Part shown: in pieces, positions 30,776 through 32,000 of the stretch
Position numbering within the stretch: position 1 is the stretch's first letter
Layout of the letters: the number at the start of each line of letters is the position of its first letter
The notes under the pieces: model-generated
Database searches by the model: none
Told to the model about the DNA's origin: nothing
Seen by the model: the letters and a program-made list of their open reading frames with translations, nothing else
Assembly: GCA_026387835.1 (NCBI GenBank)
Contig: JAPLKZ010000005.1
Location: 243,071-275,070 of the forward strand
Direction: 5' to 3'
DNA: 32,000 nt
Source of the DNA: Candidatus Saganbacteria bacterium
Lineage (GTDB): Bacteria > Margulisbacteria > WOR-1 > JAKLHX01
Position numbers and translations under genes: made by a program

Positions 30776-32000
30776 ATGCAGACAGCAAGACCTTTTTTTG
30801 CGGCGGCGGTAAAAACAAGCAGGGCCGATATTACAACAAGGATAGCTTCAGCAAGACTAACATCCCCAGGTAATTACTGGAGGTCCCGTGCCAGTATCCC
30901 TGAAGCGGTCCTCGTGCTCGGCAATGAAAAGACGGATTTAGGAACGGTCGTGCGCATATTCGCCGATTACAAAATGCCTGTCGGCAGGGCTGCGGGAATG
31001 CTGGCCGGAATGCACAGGGCTGCTGAAATATTAGCTGACACAGGAATGCCTGCGCTCAGGTCTGCGGAAATATTAAAATGTTTTACTTTTGATGCCGGCA
31101 CGGCTTCGTGGATATTTGCCGATAAAAAAATGTCTATAAGCAGAGCTGCGGCTATATTGGCTGAAAGGACGATAACTTCAGATAAGGCCGCAGAAATACT
31201 TGCTGATGGAAGAATGCCTTTAGATAAAGTTGCGGGAATATTTGCCGATATCAATATGACCGGAAGCCGGGCCGCAATTATTCTGGCAGATGAAAAAATG
31301 CCCCCAGTCCGGGTTGCGAGGATATTAGCGCACGATCTTATTGAGCCCAGGAAGGCCGCTGATATATTATCTGAAAATACAATAGGAATAGTAAAAATTG
31401 AGGCAATATTTGCCGATGAAAGCCTGCCTTTAGAGAAAGCTGCAGTCATTTTAAATGATGACAGGTTGACTGTAGAGAAAGTCGCTGCGACTTTAAATAA
31501 CGGCAAAATGCCTCTCAGCAGGGCCGCGGGTATTTTAAATGACGGCAAAATGACCGTTGCCAGAGCGGTTTCAATAGTAGTACATAACAATATGGATGAG
31601 AGAAGAATCGAGACAATATTTGCTGATGACAGAATGCTGCCGGACAGGGCCGCTGCAATATTGGCTGATGAAAAAACAACCGCTCATAAGGTCATGAGAA
31701 TATTAGCCTTTGAAAAAATGCCTGCAAGCAGGGCCGCGGCAATATTAACTGATGACATAATGTTCCCGTGCAGGGCTGCAGCAGTATTTGCCGATGAAAA
31801 AATGCCGGCCCGCAGGGTTTTGAATATACTGGCTGATGACAAGGTCTCAGTAAGTAGGGCTGCGGCAATATTGGCTGATGAAAAGATGCTTGCAAGCAGA
31901 ATCGCGGATATATTTGCGCAAGTAATCAATATCGACTATCAAACTGCCAGCCCGCTCAGGGTCACTTATGACAAAACAATGCCTTTAGAAAAGGCCGCGG
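30776..32000 (+). CDS. paralogous tandem-repeat protein (3' end off-window)
   Basis: It is absent from the ORF track because no stop falls within the window. ATG 30776 lies 1 nt after the previous stop. My manual translation stays open to position 32000. It reads MQTARPFFAAAVKTSRADITTRIASARLTSPGNYWRSRASIPEAV..., followed by more diverged 14-aa units (AAAILADEKMPxxR). Confidence 0.78.
   Translation, partial: MQTARPFFAAAVKTSRADITTRIASARLTSPGNYWRSRASIPEAVLVLGNEKTDLGTVVRIFADYKMPVGRAAGMLAGMHRAAEILADTGMPALRSAEILKCFTFDAGTASWIFADKKMSISRAAAILAERTITSDKAAEILADGRMPLDKVAGIFADINMTGSRAAIILADEKMPPVRVARILAHDLIEPRKAADILSENTIGIVKIEAIFADESLPLEKAAVILNDDRLTVEKVAATLNNGKMPLSRAAGILNDGKMTVARAVSIVVHNNMDERRIETIFADDRMLPDRAAAILADEKTTAHKVMRILAFEKMPASRAAAILTDDIMFPCRAAAVFADEKMPARRVLNILADDKVSVSRAAAILADEKMLASRIADIFAQVINIDYQTASPLRVTYDKTMPLEKAA

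Noticed and set aside
29625-31929. Long minus-strand ORFs (29625..30065, 30967..31590, 31684..31929, 31692..31895) with SANI/AAL-type repeats.
   Set aside because: They are antisense shadows of the plus-strand 42-nt repeat genes. The plus-strand frames have an RBS, conserved N-termini and a continuous period, whereas the minus-strand ORFs are fragmented.

Overview
The window comes from a diderm bacterium of roughly 50% G+C, judged by eye. The lineage cannot be assigned from the sequence alone. Positions 1-6.5 kb hold a tightly packed housekeeping run: atpD, atpC, murA, ybeY, dgkA, a CNNM/CorC-family gene and pyrG. Positions 6.7-8.7 kb hold an orphan protein with a CheD-like deamidase domain, tRNA-Ser(CGA), a flavodoxin-like gene, a possible small membrane ORF and tRNA-Ser(GGA). 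Positions 8.69-15.07 kb are the most unusual part. They are a visibly AT-rich integrated element starting at the last bases of tRNA-Ser(GGA). It carries a large serine recombinase, nested long inverted repeats (about 70 bp and 112 bp), scrambled fragments of a second recombinase copy, an XRE regulator, an HNH nuclease, a PD-(D/E)xK-like nuclease and three orphan genes. These genes are arranged as cassettes separated by a repeated junction, and the 22-nt core of that junction also lies inside the recombinase gene. The two termini of the element, joined at a shared CCGA, would reconstitute an inverted copy of an intact internal site of about 176 bp. An orphan alpha-group adenine methyltransferase sits directly outside the right end. 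Positions 16.3-29.3 kb hold two paralogous secreted proteins, a tandem-domain ThyX, a class A beta-lactamase-like hydrolase, an L,D-transpeptidase with an in-frame TAA after its signal anchor, an OstA/LptC-like protein, gap-pgk-ndk, tRNA-Ala(CGC), a HEAT-repeat protein, an MFS transporter, a secreted hypothetical protein and a lysine-rich outer-membrane beta-barrel candidate. Positions 29.5-32.0 kb hold two adjacent paralogous genes built almost entirely from a 14-residue (42-nt) tandem repeat (consensus AAGILADDKMPxxR) that I cannot place in any known repeat family. All calls rest on reading the sequence and the supplied ORF translations. No database search or computation was run.
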